Shown here one piece after another: positions 1-15,775 of a DNA stretch of 64,000 nucleotides. Each line of letters begins with the position of its first letter. The stretch's first letter is position 1. Source of the stretch: Escherichia coli (GTDB lineage Bacteria; Pseudomonadota; Gammaproteobacteria; Enterobacterales; Enterobacteriaceae); the NCBI RefSeq assembly GCF_003334765.1, contig NZ_QOWT01000008.1; one strand, given 5' to 3'. A program made the position numbers and the translations under genes. The notes under the pieces were generated by a model, which was given only the letters and a program-made list of their open reading frames with translations, did no database searches and was not told where the DNA came from.

Positions 1-52
1 CCAGATGCGTAAACGTAAGCGTCTGATGAAGCACATCAAGAAAAATAAATAA
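1..52 (+). CDS. der: 3' end of ribosome-associated GTPase Der (EngA), partial
   Basis: Frame-2 ORF runs off the 5' edge and ends ...QMRKRKRLMKHIKKNK-stop at 50-52; basic C-terminal tail and position upstream of yfgJ fit der. Identity from memory of gene order. Confidence 0.5.
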   Translation, partial: QMRKRKRLMKHIKKNK

Positions 53-121
53 TTATCCGTAAGTATTTTATCTGCCATTCCCTCTATGAATGTAGAGGGA
101 ATGGCTACCGGAGGAATTCAT

Positions 122-1734
<1,613 letters not shown>

Positions 1735-1816
1735 TTATTCAGTCGATAGTAACCCGCCCTTCGGGGATAGCAAGCATTTTTTGCAAAAAGGGGTAGATGC
1801 AATCGGTTACGCTCTG

Positions 1817-1829
1817 TATAATGCCGCGG
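1817..1829 (+). promoter_or_regulatory. guaBA promoter -10 hexamer TATAAT followed by GC-rich discriminator GCCGCGG
   Basis: TATAAT at 1817-1822 about 40 nt upstream of the guaB ATG; GC-rich discriminator is typical of growth-rate/stringently controlled promoters; a weak PurR-like half-palindrome (ATGCAATCGGTTACGC) lies just upstream. Confidence 0.5.
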
Positions 1830-1865
1830 CAATATTTATTAACCACTCTGGTCGAGATATTGCCC

Positions 1866-3332
1866 ATGCTACGTATCGCTAAAGAAGCTCTGACGTTTGA
1901 CGACGTTCTCCTCGTTCCTGCTCACTCTACCGTTCTGCCGAATACTGCTGACCTCAGCACCCAGCTGACGAAAACTATTCGTCTGAATATCCCTATGCTT
2001 TCCGCAGCAATGGATACCGTAACGGAAGCGCGCCTGGCTATTGCTCTGGCTCAGGAAGGCGGTATCGGCTTTATCCACAAAAACATGTCCATTGAACGCC
2101 AGGCAGAAGAAGTTCGCCGTGTGAAAAAACACGAATCTGGTGTGGTGACTGATCCGCAGACTGTTCTGCCAACCACGACGCTGCGCGAAGTGAAAGAACT
2201 GACCGAGCGTAACGGTTTTGCGGGCTATCCGGTCGTTACCGAAGAAAACGAACTGGTGGGTATTATCACCGGTCGTGACGTGCGTTTTGTTACCGACCTG
2301 AACCAGCCGGTTAGCGTTTACATGACGCCGAAAGAGCGTCTGGTCACCGTGCGTGAAGGTGAAGCCCGTGAAGTGGTGCTGGCAAAAATGCACGAAAAAC
2401 GCGTTGAAAAAGCGCTGGTGGTTGATGACGAATTCCACCTGATCGGCATGATCACCGTGAAAGACTTCCAGAAAGCGGAACGTAAACCGAACGCCTGTAA
2501 AGACGAGCAAGGCCGTCTGCGTGTTGGTGCAGCGGTTGGCGCAGGTGCGGGTAACGAAGAGCGTGTTGACGCGCTGGTTGCCGCAGGCGTTGACGTTCTG
2601 CTGATCGACTCCTCCCACGGTCACTCAGAAGGTGTACTGCAACGTATCCGTGAAACCCGTGCTAAATATCCGGATCTGCAAATTATCGGCGGCAACGTGG
2701 CAACAGCTGCAGGTGCACGCGCTCTGGCAGAAGCTGGTTGCAGTGCGGTTAAAGTCGGCATTGGCCCTGGCTCTATCTGTACAACTCGTATCGTGACTGG
2801 CGTCGGTGTTCCGCAGATTACCGCTGTTGCTGACGCAGTAGAAGCCCTGGAAGGCACCGGTATTCCGGTTATCGCTGATGGCGGTATTCGCTTCTCCGGC
2901 GACATCGCCAAAGCTATCGCCGCTGGCGCAAGCGCGGTGATGGTAGGTTCCATGCTGGCGGGTACTGAAGAATCTCCGGGTGAAATCGAACTCTACCAGG
3001 GCCGTTCTTACAAATCTTACCGTGGTATGGGTTCCCTGGGCGCGATGTCCAAAGGTTCCTCTGACCGTTATTTCCAGAGCGATAACGCTGCCGACAAACT
3101 GGTGCCGGAAGGTATCGAAGGTCGCGTAGCCTATAAAGGTCGCCTGAAAGAGATCATTCACCAGCAGATGGGCGGCCTGCGCTCCTGTATGGGTCTGACC
3201 GGCTGTGGTACTATCGACGAACTGCGTACTAAAGCGGAGTTTGTACGTATCAGCGGTGCGGGCATTCAGGAAAGCCACGTTCACGACGTGACCATTACTA
3301 AAGAGTCCCCGAACTACCGTCTGGGCTCCTGA
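1866..3332 (+). CDS. guaB: IMP dehydrogenase
   Basis: ORF track 1797..3332; start reset to [18 protein letters not shown] (488 aa); CBS pair and catalytic [11 protein letters not shown] loop present. Confidence 0.95.
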
Positions 3333-3339
3333 TTCTCTT

Positions 3340-3360
3340 CGCCCGACTTCATGTCGGGCG
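3340..3360 (+). other. guaB-guaA intercistronic stem-loop
   Basis: CGCCCGAC-ttcat-GTCGGGCG, 8-bp GC-rich stem immediately after the guaB stop; no strong U-tract, so probably an mRNA structure rather than a full terminator. Confidence 0.45.
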
Positions 3361-3400
3361 ATTTATATTATCTGTTTCACTTGCCTCGGAATAAGCGTCA

Positions 3401-4978
3401 ATGACGGAAAACATTCATAAGCATCGCATCCTCATTCTGGACTTCGGTTCTCAGTACACTCAACTGGTTGCGCGCCGCGTGCGTGAGCTGGGTGTTTACT
3501 GCGAACTGTGGGCGTGGGATGTGACAGAAGCACAAATTCGTGACTTCAATCCAAGCGGCATTATTCTTTCCGGCGGCCCGGAAAGTACTACTGAAGAAAA
3601 CAGTCCGCGTGCGCCGCAGTATGTCTTTGAAGCAGGCGTACCGGTATTCGGCGTTTGCTATGGCATGCAGACCATGGCAATGCAGTTGGGCGGTCACGTT
3701 GAAGCCTCTAACGAACGTGAATTTGGCTACGCGCAGGTTGAAGTCGTAAACGACAGCGCACTGGTTCGCGGTATCGAAGATGCGCTGACCGCAGACGGTA
3801 AACCGCTGCTCGATGTCTGGATGAGCCACGGCGATAAAGTTACCGCTATTCCGTCCGACTTCATCACCGTAGCCAGCACCGAAAGCTGCCCGTTTGCCAT
3901 TATGGCTAACGAAGAAAAACGCTTCTATGGCGTACAGTTCCACCCGGAAGTGACTCACACCCGCCAGGGTATGCGCATGCTGGAGCGTTTTGTGCGTGAT
4001 ATCTGCCAGTGTGAAGCCCTGTGGACGCCAGCGAAAATTATCGACGATGCTGTAGCTCGCATCCGCGAGCAGGTAGGCGACGATAAAGTCATCCTCGGCC
4101 TCTCTGGTGGTGTGGATTCCTCCGTAACCGCAATGCTGCTGCACCGCGCTATCGGTAAAAACCTGACTTGCGTATTCGTCGACAACGGCCTGCTGCGCCT
4201 CAACGAAGCAGAGCAGGTTCTGGATATGTTTGGCGATCACTTTGGTCTTAACATTGTTCACGTACCGGCAGAAGATCGCTTCCTGTCAGCGCTGGCTGGC
4301 GAAAACGATCCGGAAGCAAAACGTAAAATCATCGGTCGCGTTTTCGTTGAAGTATTCGATGAAGAAGCGCTGAAACTGGAAGACGTGAAGTGGCTGGCGC
4401 AGGGCACCATCTACCCTGACGTTATCGAATCTGCGGCGTCTGCAACCGGTAAAGCACACGTCATCAAATCTCACCACAACGTGGGCGGCCTGCCGAAAGA
4501 GATGAAGATGGGCCTGGTTGAACCGCTGAAAGAGCTGTTCAAAGACGAAGTGCGTAAGATTGGTCTGGAGCTGGGCCTGCCGTACGACATGCTGTACCGT
4601 CACCCGTTCCCGGGACCAGGCCTTGGCGTTCGTGTTCTGGGTGAAGTGAAGAAAGAGTACTGTGACCTGCTGCGCCGTGCTGACGCCATCTTCATTGAAG
4701 AACTGCGTAAAGCGGACCTGTACGACAAAGTCAGCCAGGCGTTCACTGTGTTCCTGCCGGTACGTTCCGTTGGCGTAATGGGCGATGGTCGTAAGTATGA
4801 CTGGGTTGTCTCTCTGCGTGCTGTCGAAACCATCGACTTTATGACCGCACACTGGGCGCATCTGCCGTACGATTTCCTCGGTCGCGTTTCCAACCGCATT
4901 ATCAATGAAGTGAACGGTATTTCCCGCGTGGTGTATGACATCAGCGGCAAGCCGCCAGCTACCATTGAGTGGGAATGA
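3401..4978 (+). CDS. guaA: GMP synthase (glutamine-hydrolysing)
   Basis: 525-aa [29 protein letters not shown]...; GATase plus ATP-PPase (SGGVDSS) motifs; ends ...TIEWE. Confidence 0.95.
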
Positions 4979-5002
4979 TTTGACCCTGCACTATGAATGA
5001 AC

Positions 5003-5032
5003 AAAACCCTCTGTTACTACAGAGGGTTTTTT
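5003..5032. terminator. Bidirectional rho-independent terminator between convergent guaA and yfgI
   Basis: AAAACCCTCTGT-tact-ACAGAGGGTTTTTT: 8-bp stem flanked by an A-run on one side and a T-run on the other. Confidence 0.75.
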
Positions 5033-5070
5033 ATCTTCAAGAATTATAGGATTGAAGTTACTAACATCGA

Positions 5071-5610
5071 TTAATTAAACCAGCTGTCCGATTTGTTCTC
5101 TTCTGCTTTGCCCACGCTTTTCATCAGATCGCGACCGCCTTCAGTCATATTTCTGTTGGCGTCAGCTTCAGATTGCACCACATCGGTTTGCGCAGCTTTG
5201 TGCTTCAGTTCCTGATCGATAAATTCGTTTTCTCGCTTAACGCGGGCTTCTTCTTTCGCCAGCGCCAGTTTTTGTTTCTGAATCTCTAAGCTGCGTAGCT
5301 CATCTTCATAACTTTGATCGCGTTTTTTGTCCGCAGAGGCTTCGGCGTCCAGTTTATCCTGACGAGCTTTCTTATTTGCCGCTGCCGTTGCCGCTCTTTT
5401 GTTAGCGGCGGCCTGGGCATTTGCGCGACGTTGCTTCTCTTGCTGGATTTCCCTGTTGCGCTCCGCGACCCATTCGTCATGCTGCCTTTGCTCTTCATTT
5501 TTACCTTGCTGTTCCGCTTCTGCGACAGCAGAGAGTTGATCCTGCAATGATGAGGCGATAGCCGGATAGCTTAAGGAGGCTAAGATGGCGCAAAGAAAAA
5601 CTTTCTTCAT
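5071..5610 (-). CDS. yfgI: Secreted low-complexity Lys/Glu/Ala/Gln-rich protein YfgI
   Basis: 179-aa ORF with signal peptide MKKVFLCAILASLSYPAIA followed by a charged coiled-coil-like region. Confidence 0.85.
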   Translation of the reverse strand: MKKVFLCAILASLSYPAIASSLQDQLSAVAEAEQQGKNEEQRQHDEWVAERNREIQQEKQRRANAQAAANKRAATAAANKKARQDKLDAEASADKKRDQSYEDELRSLEIQKQKLALAKEEARVKRENEFIDQELKHKAAQTDVVQSEADANRNMTEGGRDLMKSVGKAEENKSDSWFN

Positions 5611-5625
5611 GACTCCTCCTGATTA

Positions 5626-6144
5626 TTAGCTCTTTTCAGGACATTTGGTATTTGGCTGAATACGCGTTTCGTTATACGTCGTGGTAATAACAACGGCTAA
5701 ACCTGTCGTAAACTGGCACTCTTTACCCACCTGGGTAGAGGTATACACTTTGGTGCCTTCCTTATAGGTTAAAGAAACACCTTCCACTAAGGTTTTATCA
5801 TTCACCATAGAACCCGCTGCCGCGCCTACAGCTCCGCCGCCAACTGCACCTGCCGTCGTTCCGGAATTGCTGCCAGACCCGACGTTGTGGCCGATAACAC
5901 CGCCAGCGACTGCGCCAATAAGCGCGCCGAAGGCTTGTGCGTTCCGTTTATTTTGGGAGTTGTCTACGGCAACTTTTGCGGGAAGAATGGAAATAATATT
6001 AACGGTTTTAGTTTCTTGTTTGGTATTCAGTTGATCGGTTTGATAAACATCGGCAGCATGATCGTCAGCATTTGACTGGCATCCTGCCAGAGTGAATGAC
6101 GCTAACATTGCCACAGGCAGAAGACATTTTTTAAATTTCATCAC
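5626..6144 (-). CDS. yfgH: Outer-membrane lipoprotein with glycine-zipper domain, YfgH
   Basis: 172-aa ORF; lipobox LAGC at the end of the signal peptide; Gly-rich GxxxG repeat segment. Confidence 0.85.
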   Translation of the reverse strand: MMKFKKCLLPVAMLASFTLAGCQSNADDHAADVYQTDQLNTKQETKTVNIISILPAKVAVDNSQNKRNAQAFGALIGAVAGGVIGHNVGSGSNSGTTAGAVGGGAVGAAAGSMVNDKTLVEGVSLTYKEGTKVYTSTQVGKECQFTTGLAVVITTTYNETRIQPNTKCPEKS

Positions 6145-6454
6145 TATTCCTTGTTATACACATTACGAAAAATAAGACATTTAAGATCATCAAAAGAGGA
6201 AAGTAAATGTATTGCGTATAAAGGGATAGATTAAATTTATTAAAATTCACGCAGGGAATAATTTATAAAAATATATCATCACAACATATATATTAATTTT
6301 ATATTTATTTCGCAGCCAAACAGGATAAACATCAGTCAGGATAAAGACGTAAAATTTAAGATGAAAGAATATCTGCCGCTTTGATAATCCCAAACAGCAA
6401 AAGCATCCGACAGCGAAGTGCCGTTATGTTCTGTGAAAGTGGAGAAGGTAACCG

Positions 6455-6646
6455 CTAACGTTGTACCGGTGATTCGACGGAGAGTGTGGATTGCTGAGCT
6501 TCTTTTTTGCTCTGATGGTGCTGCCAGGCACCGACGGACGAGTAGATAAAACGGCCAAAGAAGAAGATAAAGCTGATGAGCAGTACGATACGGGTCATGC
6601 GACTGTTAAATCGGTGTCGTTTTCGCATACTGGTTGCCTGACTCAC
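6455..6646 (-). CDS. yfgG: Small single-pass membrane protein YfgG (63 aa)
   Basis: 63-aa ORF MSQATSMRKRHRFNSRMTRIVLLISFIFFFG... with one hydrophobic helix. Confidence 0.7.
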   Translation of the reverse strand: MSQATSMRKRHRFNSRMTRIVLLISFIFFFGRFIYSSVGAWQHHQSKKEAQQSTLSVESPVQR

Positions 6647-6856
6647 AAAAGGTTCCTTGAAGTATGTCCCACGCTGTGGACGGTACTTACATTAAGGCAC
6701 AACAGGACAAAATGGTCAATTCTTCGTTATGTAAAAAAGCGTCAGTGGATACATATTTTAATGTTATGGAAGTTAATTTAATTATTTACAATGATGATGT
6801 AATAATGATGAATTAACATGATAAACGTAATAATTCATTAATCAGGGTTATTTTGT

Positions 6857-6870
6857 TTGATATATATCAA
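6857..6870 (+). promoter_or_regulatory. FNR-type box TTGATATATATCAA upstream of pdeF
   Basis: Perfect match to TTGAT-N4-ATCAA, about 130 bp upstream of the pdeF ATG in an AT-rich divergent region. Confidence 0.6.
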
Positions 6871-6997
6871 TTGGTACTTTCATATGACACTTAGAATCAA
6901 TGCTCTCTATAGTGATGAATAATCATCATTCGAAGTCAGGTGGGATGCCTGTCTGAATACACCTCCTTCAGGATGTGGGGGATTCTGCTGAGCATCT

Positions 6998-9241
6998 ATG
7001 AAACTGAATGCAACTTATATAAAAATACGTGATAAATGGTGGGGGCTTCCGCTGTTCCTGCCTTCTTTAATCTTGCCCATTTTCGCCCACATTAATACTT
7101 TCGCGCATATTTCTTCCGGTGAGGTTTTTCTCTTTTATCTGCCTCTGGCACTGATGATCAGCATGATGATGTTTTTCAGCTGGGCGGCATTGCCAGGGAT
7201 CGCCTTAGGGATTTTTGTCCGCAAATATGCAGAGCTGGGTTTTTACGAAACGCTATCATTAACGGCTAATTTTATTATCATTATCATTCTCTGTTGGGGC
7301 GGTTACAGGGTCTTTACTCCCCGGCGTAACAACGTTTCACATGGTGATACCCGTTTAATTTCCCAGCGTATATTCTGGCAGATTGTGTTTCCTGCAACGC
7401 TGTTTCTGATACTTTTCCAGTTTGCTGCATTTGTAGGATTACTGGCGAGCAGAGAAAATCTGGTCGGTGTCATGCCTTTTAACCTCGGGACTTTAATCAA
7501 TTATCAGGCCTTACTGGTGGGTAATCTGATCGGTGTCCCGCTGTGCTACTTCATCATTCGGGTAGTGCGAAATCCATTTTATTTACGTAGCTATTATTCG
7601 CAATTAAAACAGCAGGTTGATGCCAAAGTCACCAAAAAAGAGTTCGCGCTCTGGCTACTGGCATTAGGTGCTTTATTGTTGCTGTTATGCATGCCGTTAA
7701 ATGAAAAAAGCACAATTTTTAGCACCAATTATACCTTGTCATTATTGCTGCCCCTGATGATGTGGGGAGCGATGCGCTATGGTTATAAGCTGATTTCGCT
7801 GCTCTGGGCGGTCGTGTTGATGATCAGCATCCACAGCTATCAAAATTACATTCCCATTTATCCTGGCTATACCACGCAGCTGACCATAACCTCCTCCAGT
7901 TATCTGGTATTCTCTTTTATTGTCAATTATATGGCTGTACTGGCAACCCGTCAGAGAGCGGTAGTCAGACGCATTCAGCGGCTTGCGTATGTGGACCCGG
8001 TGGTTCATCTGCCAAATGTTCGCGCCCTGAATCGCGCGTTGCGTGATGCCCCCTGGTCTGCGCTTTGTTATTTACGCATCCCTGGCATGGAAATGCTGGT
8101 TAAGAACTATGGCATCATGCTGCGGATTCAATACAAGCAAAAACTTTCTCACTGGCTGTCACCCTTGCTGGAACCGGGTGAAGATGTTTATCAGCTTTCG
8201 GGTAACGATCTCGCGCTGCGACTGAATACAGAATCGCACCAGGAGCGCATTACCGCACTGGATAGCCATCTCAAGCAATTTCGTTTCTTTTGGGATGGCA
8301 TGCCGATGCAACCGCAGATTGGCGTCAGTTACTGCTATGTGCGCTCGCCAGTGAATCATATCTACCTGCTGCTGGGAGAGCTAAATACGGTCGCCGAACT
8401 TTCCATCGTGACCAACGCCCCGGAAAATATGCAGCGTCGCGGGGCAATGTATTTGCAACGCGAATTGAAAGATAAAGTCGCGATGATGAATCGACTACAG
8501 CAGGCGCTGGAACACAACCATTTTTTCCTGATGGCCCAGCCGATTACCGGTATGCGTGGTGATGTTTACCATGAAATTCTTCTGCGCATGAAAGGTGAGA
8601 ATGATGAACTGATCAGCCCCGATAGCTTCTTGCCGGTCGCGCACGAATTTGGTTTATCGTCGAGTATCGACATGTGGGTCATTGAGCATACGCTGCAATT
8701 TATGGCTGAAAACAGAGCGAAGATGCCCGCTCACCGTTTTGCTATTAATCTGTCTCCAACCTCGGTATGTCAGGCTCGTTTTCCTGTTGAAGTCAGTCAG
8801 TTGCTGGCTAAATATCAGATTGAAGCGTGGCAACTTATTTTTGAAGTCACCGAAAGTAATGCTCTGACCAATGTTAAGCAGGCGCAAATCACCTTGCAGC
8901 ATCTTCAGGAATTAGGCTGCCAGATTGCGATTGATGATTTCGGCACCGGCTACGCCAGCTATGCGCGGCTTAAAAATGTGAATGCCGATCTGCTTAAAAT
9001 TGACGGCAGTTTTATCCGCAATATTGTGTCAAATAGTCTGGATTATCAGATAGTGGCATCGATTTGCCACCTGGCGCGAATGAAGAAAATGCTGGTAGTG
9101 GCAGAGTACGTTGAAAACGAAGAGATCCGCGAGGCGGTGCTCTCTTTGGGGATCGATTATATGCAGGGTTATCTTATTGGTAAGCCGCAGCCGTTAATTG
9201 ATACGCTGAATGAAATCGAACCCATTCGCGAAAGTGCCTGA
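6998..9241 (+). CDS. pdeF: Cyclic-di-GMP phosphodiesterase PdeF (YfgF): MASE1 membrane domain, degenerate GGDEF, EAL domain
   Basis: 747-aa ORF; multiple N-terminal TM helices; C-terminal EAL domain. Confidence 0.9.
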   Translation: MKLNATYIKIRDKWWGLPLFLPSLILPIFAHINTFAHISSGEVFLFYLPLALMISMMMFFSWAALPGIALGIFVRKYAELGFYETLSLTANFIIIIILCWGGYRVFTPRRNNVSHGDTRLISQRIFWQIVFPATLFLILFQFAAFVGLLASRENLVGVMPFNLGTLINYQALLVGNLIGVPLCYFIIRVVRNPFYLRSYYSQLKQQVDAKVTKKEFALWLLALGALLLLLCMPLNEKSTIFSTNYTLSLLLPLMMWGAMRYGYKLISLLWAVVLMISIHSYQNYIPIYPGYTTQLTITSSSYLVFSFIVNYMAVLATRQRAVVRRIQRLAYVDPVVHLPNVRALNRALRDAPWSALCYLRIPGMEMLVKNYGIMLRIQYKQKLSHWLSPLLEPGEDVYQLSGNDLALRLNTESHQERITALDSHLKQFRFFWDGMPMQPQIGVSYCYVRSPVNHIYLLLGELNTVAELSIVTNAPENMQRRGAMYLQRELKDKVAMMNRLQQALEHNHFFLMAQPITGMRGDVYHEILLRMKGENDELISPDSFLPVAHEFGLSSSIDMWVIEHTLQFMAENRAKMPAHRFAINLSPTSVCQARFPVEVSQLLAKYQIEAWQLIFEVTESNALTNVKQAQITLQHLQELGCQIAIDDFGTGYASYARLKNVNADLLKIDGSFIRNIVSNSLDYQIVASICHLARMKKMLVVAEYVENEEIREAVLSLGIDYMQGYLIGKPQPLIDTLNEIEPIRESA

Positions 9242-9246
9242 ATAAT

Positions 9247-9273
9247 GCGGGCCGACATTTCTCGTCGGCCCGC
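9247..9273. terminator. GC-rich hairpin between convergent pdeF and ppx
   Basis: GCGGGCCGAC-atttctc-GTCGGCCCGC, 10-bp stem; flanking A/T runs are weak, so terminator strength is uncertain. Confidence 0.45.
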
Positions 9274-9279
9274 AAAGTA

Positions 9280-12892
<3,613 letters not shown>

Positions 12893-13021
12893 TACCACTT
12901 TTACTCCGTTTTATTCACGGGACACTGCCTGGATATTATGGCGAGCAATATTGGCAGATGTCCAACTATGCCAGAAAAGGGGGAAAAAAACTGCTGGAGC
13001 TTGCGATTTACAGGTGAATTG

Positions 13022-13047
13022 AAAAACGCCAGCGGCAGAGCTGGCGC
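13022..13047 (-). terminator. Rho-independent terminator after purN
   Basis: On the minus strand GCCAGC-tctgcc-GCTGGC followed by GTTTTT, 17 nt downstream of the purN stop. Confidence 0.5.
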
Positions 13048-13063
13048 TTTAATTACGGGGGTA

Positions 13064-13701
13064 TTACTCGTCGGCAGCGTAGCCCTGCGGCGGCAGACGT
13101 TGACCATCCAGCCACGCGGCGTTTTCGTGCATTTTCAGACGACCATCGGCAAACCAGCTAATCACCAGTGGATAAATGGCGTGTTCCTGGGTTTGCACGC
13201 GGGCGGTGATGTCATCTTCCGAATCACCAGCAAATACCGGGACTTTCGCCTGTAAAATAACCGGGCCACCGTCCAGTTCATCGGTGACGAAATGCACCGA
13301 TGTACCGTGCTCTTCATCGCCATTTTCCAGCGCCTGACGATGGGTGTGTAATCCGGGATATTTCGGCAGCAGAGAAGGGTGAATGTTCAGCAAACGCCCG
13401 GCATAGTGGGAGACAAACGCCGGGCTGAGAATGCGCATAAAACCAGCCAGCACGACCACATCGGGTGCGTACATGTCGATTTCATGAATCAACTCCCGGT
13501 CATAGGCTTCACGACTGTCAAACGCGCTGGCGATGAGCGTATGCGTTGCAATACCCGCCTGGCGGGCGCGTTCAAGGCCGAACGCGTCGGCCTTATTGCT
13601 GAAAACTGCCCGTACGGTGCCTTTAATTTTGTTGGTTTTACAGGCGTCAATAATTGCCTGTAAATTACTTCCGTTGCCGGAAATAAGCACCACAATATTC
13701 A

Positions 13702-13702
<1 letters not shown>
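13064..13702 (-). CDS. purN: Phosphoribosylglycinamide formyltransferase 1
   Basis: 212-aa ORF MNIVVLISGNGSNLQAIIDA...; start overlaps the purM stop (TAATG). Confidence 0.95.
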
Positions 13703-14757
<1,055 letters not shown>

Positions 14758-14802
14758 TTACTTGCGGTAGAAAAATAAAATTCGGCGCAATTCTAACAGG
14801 GA

Positions 14803-14818
14803 AAGCAAACGTTTGCGA
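14803..14818. promoter_or_regulatory. PurR operator (pur box) of purMN
   Basis: AAGCAAACGTTTGCGA with perfect palindromic core GCAAACGTTTGC, about 65-80 bp upstream of the purM start. Confidence 0.7.
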
Positions 14819-15015
14819 GACTGCTTTACACAACCTTTTTGCACGTCTTTTCCCCAGGCGCGCGGCGAAAGAAGACTTGTGCCAGGGTAAAGGTTAGTTT
14901 TCGGATGGAATAATCTTCTTTCATAACCATCTGAATATAAAATAACTTTATCTCAAACCGTTATCATTTTGACTAAAGTCAACGAAAAGAATATTGCCGC
15001 CTTGAAGAAAGGAGG

Positions 15016-15037
15016 TATAATCCGTCGATTTTTTTTG
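15016..15037 (+). promoter_or_regulatory. upp promoter -10 (TATAAT) and initially transcribed GATTTTTTTTG tract
   Basis: TATAAT at 15016-15021 followed by CCGTCG and an 8-T run; matches the upp UTP-sensitive start-site selection / reiterative transcription arrangement. Confidence 0.65.
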
Positions 15038-15063
15038 TGGCTGCCCCTCAAAGGAGAAAGAGT

Positions 15064-15690
15064 ATGAAGATCGTGGAAGTCAAACACCCACTCGTCAAAC
15101 ACAAGCTGGGACTGATGCGTGAGCAAGATATCAGCACCAAGCGCTTTCGCGAACTCGCTTCCGAAGTGGGTAGCCTGCTGACTTACGAAGCGACCGCCGA
15201 CCTCGAAACGGAAAAAGTAACTATCGAAGGCTGGAACGGCCCGGTAGAAATCGACCAGATCAAAGGTAAGAAAATTACCGTTGTGCCAATTCTGCGTGCG
15301 GGTCTTGGTATGATGGACGGTGTGCTGGAAAACGTTCCGAGCGCGCGCATCAGCGTTGTCGGTATGTACCGTAATGAAGAAACGCTGGAGCCGGTACCGT
15401 ACTTCCAGAAACTGGTTTCTAACATCGATGAGCGTATGGCGCTGATCGTTGACCCAATGCTGGCAACCGGTGGTTCCGTTATCGCGACCATCGACCTGCT
15501 GAAAAAAGCGGGCTGCAGCAGCATCAAAGTTCTGGTGCTGGTAGCTGCGCCAGAAGGTATCGCTGCGCTGGAAAAAGCGCACCCGGACGTCGAACTGTAT
15601 ACCGCATCGATTGATCAGGGACTGAACGAGCACGGATACATTATTCCGGGCCTCGGCGATGCCGGTGACAAAATCTTTGGTACGAAATAA
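15064..15690 (+). CDS. upp: Uracil phosphoribosyltransferase
   Basis: ORF track 15037..15690 begins at an in-frame GTG; true start [16 protein letters not shown] (208 aa) has SD AAAGGAGAAAG upstream. Confidence 0.95.
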
Positions 15691-15775
15691 AGAATAAAAA
15701 TAATTAAAGCCGACTTTAAGAGTCGGCTTTTTTTTGAGTAAAGCGCCTATAACACATAATACAGAGGATAATACT

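Noticed and set aside
1869-3284. Long minus-strand ORFs (251, 219 and 110 aa) inside guaB
   Set aside because: Antisense to a strongly recognisable gene; no SD; composition reflects codon bias of the sense strand.
3398-4261. 287-aa minus-strand ORF inside guaA
   Set aside because: Antisense shadow ORF of guaA; no independent support.
6145-6454. Possible small-protein gene in the yfgH-yfgG spacer (AAAAGAGGAAAGTAA-ATG)
   Set aside because: The ATG after the SD-like purine run opens only a 4-codon frame (MYCV-stop); too short to call.
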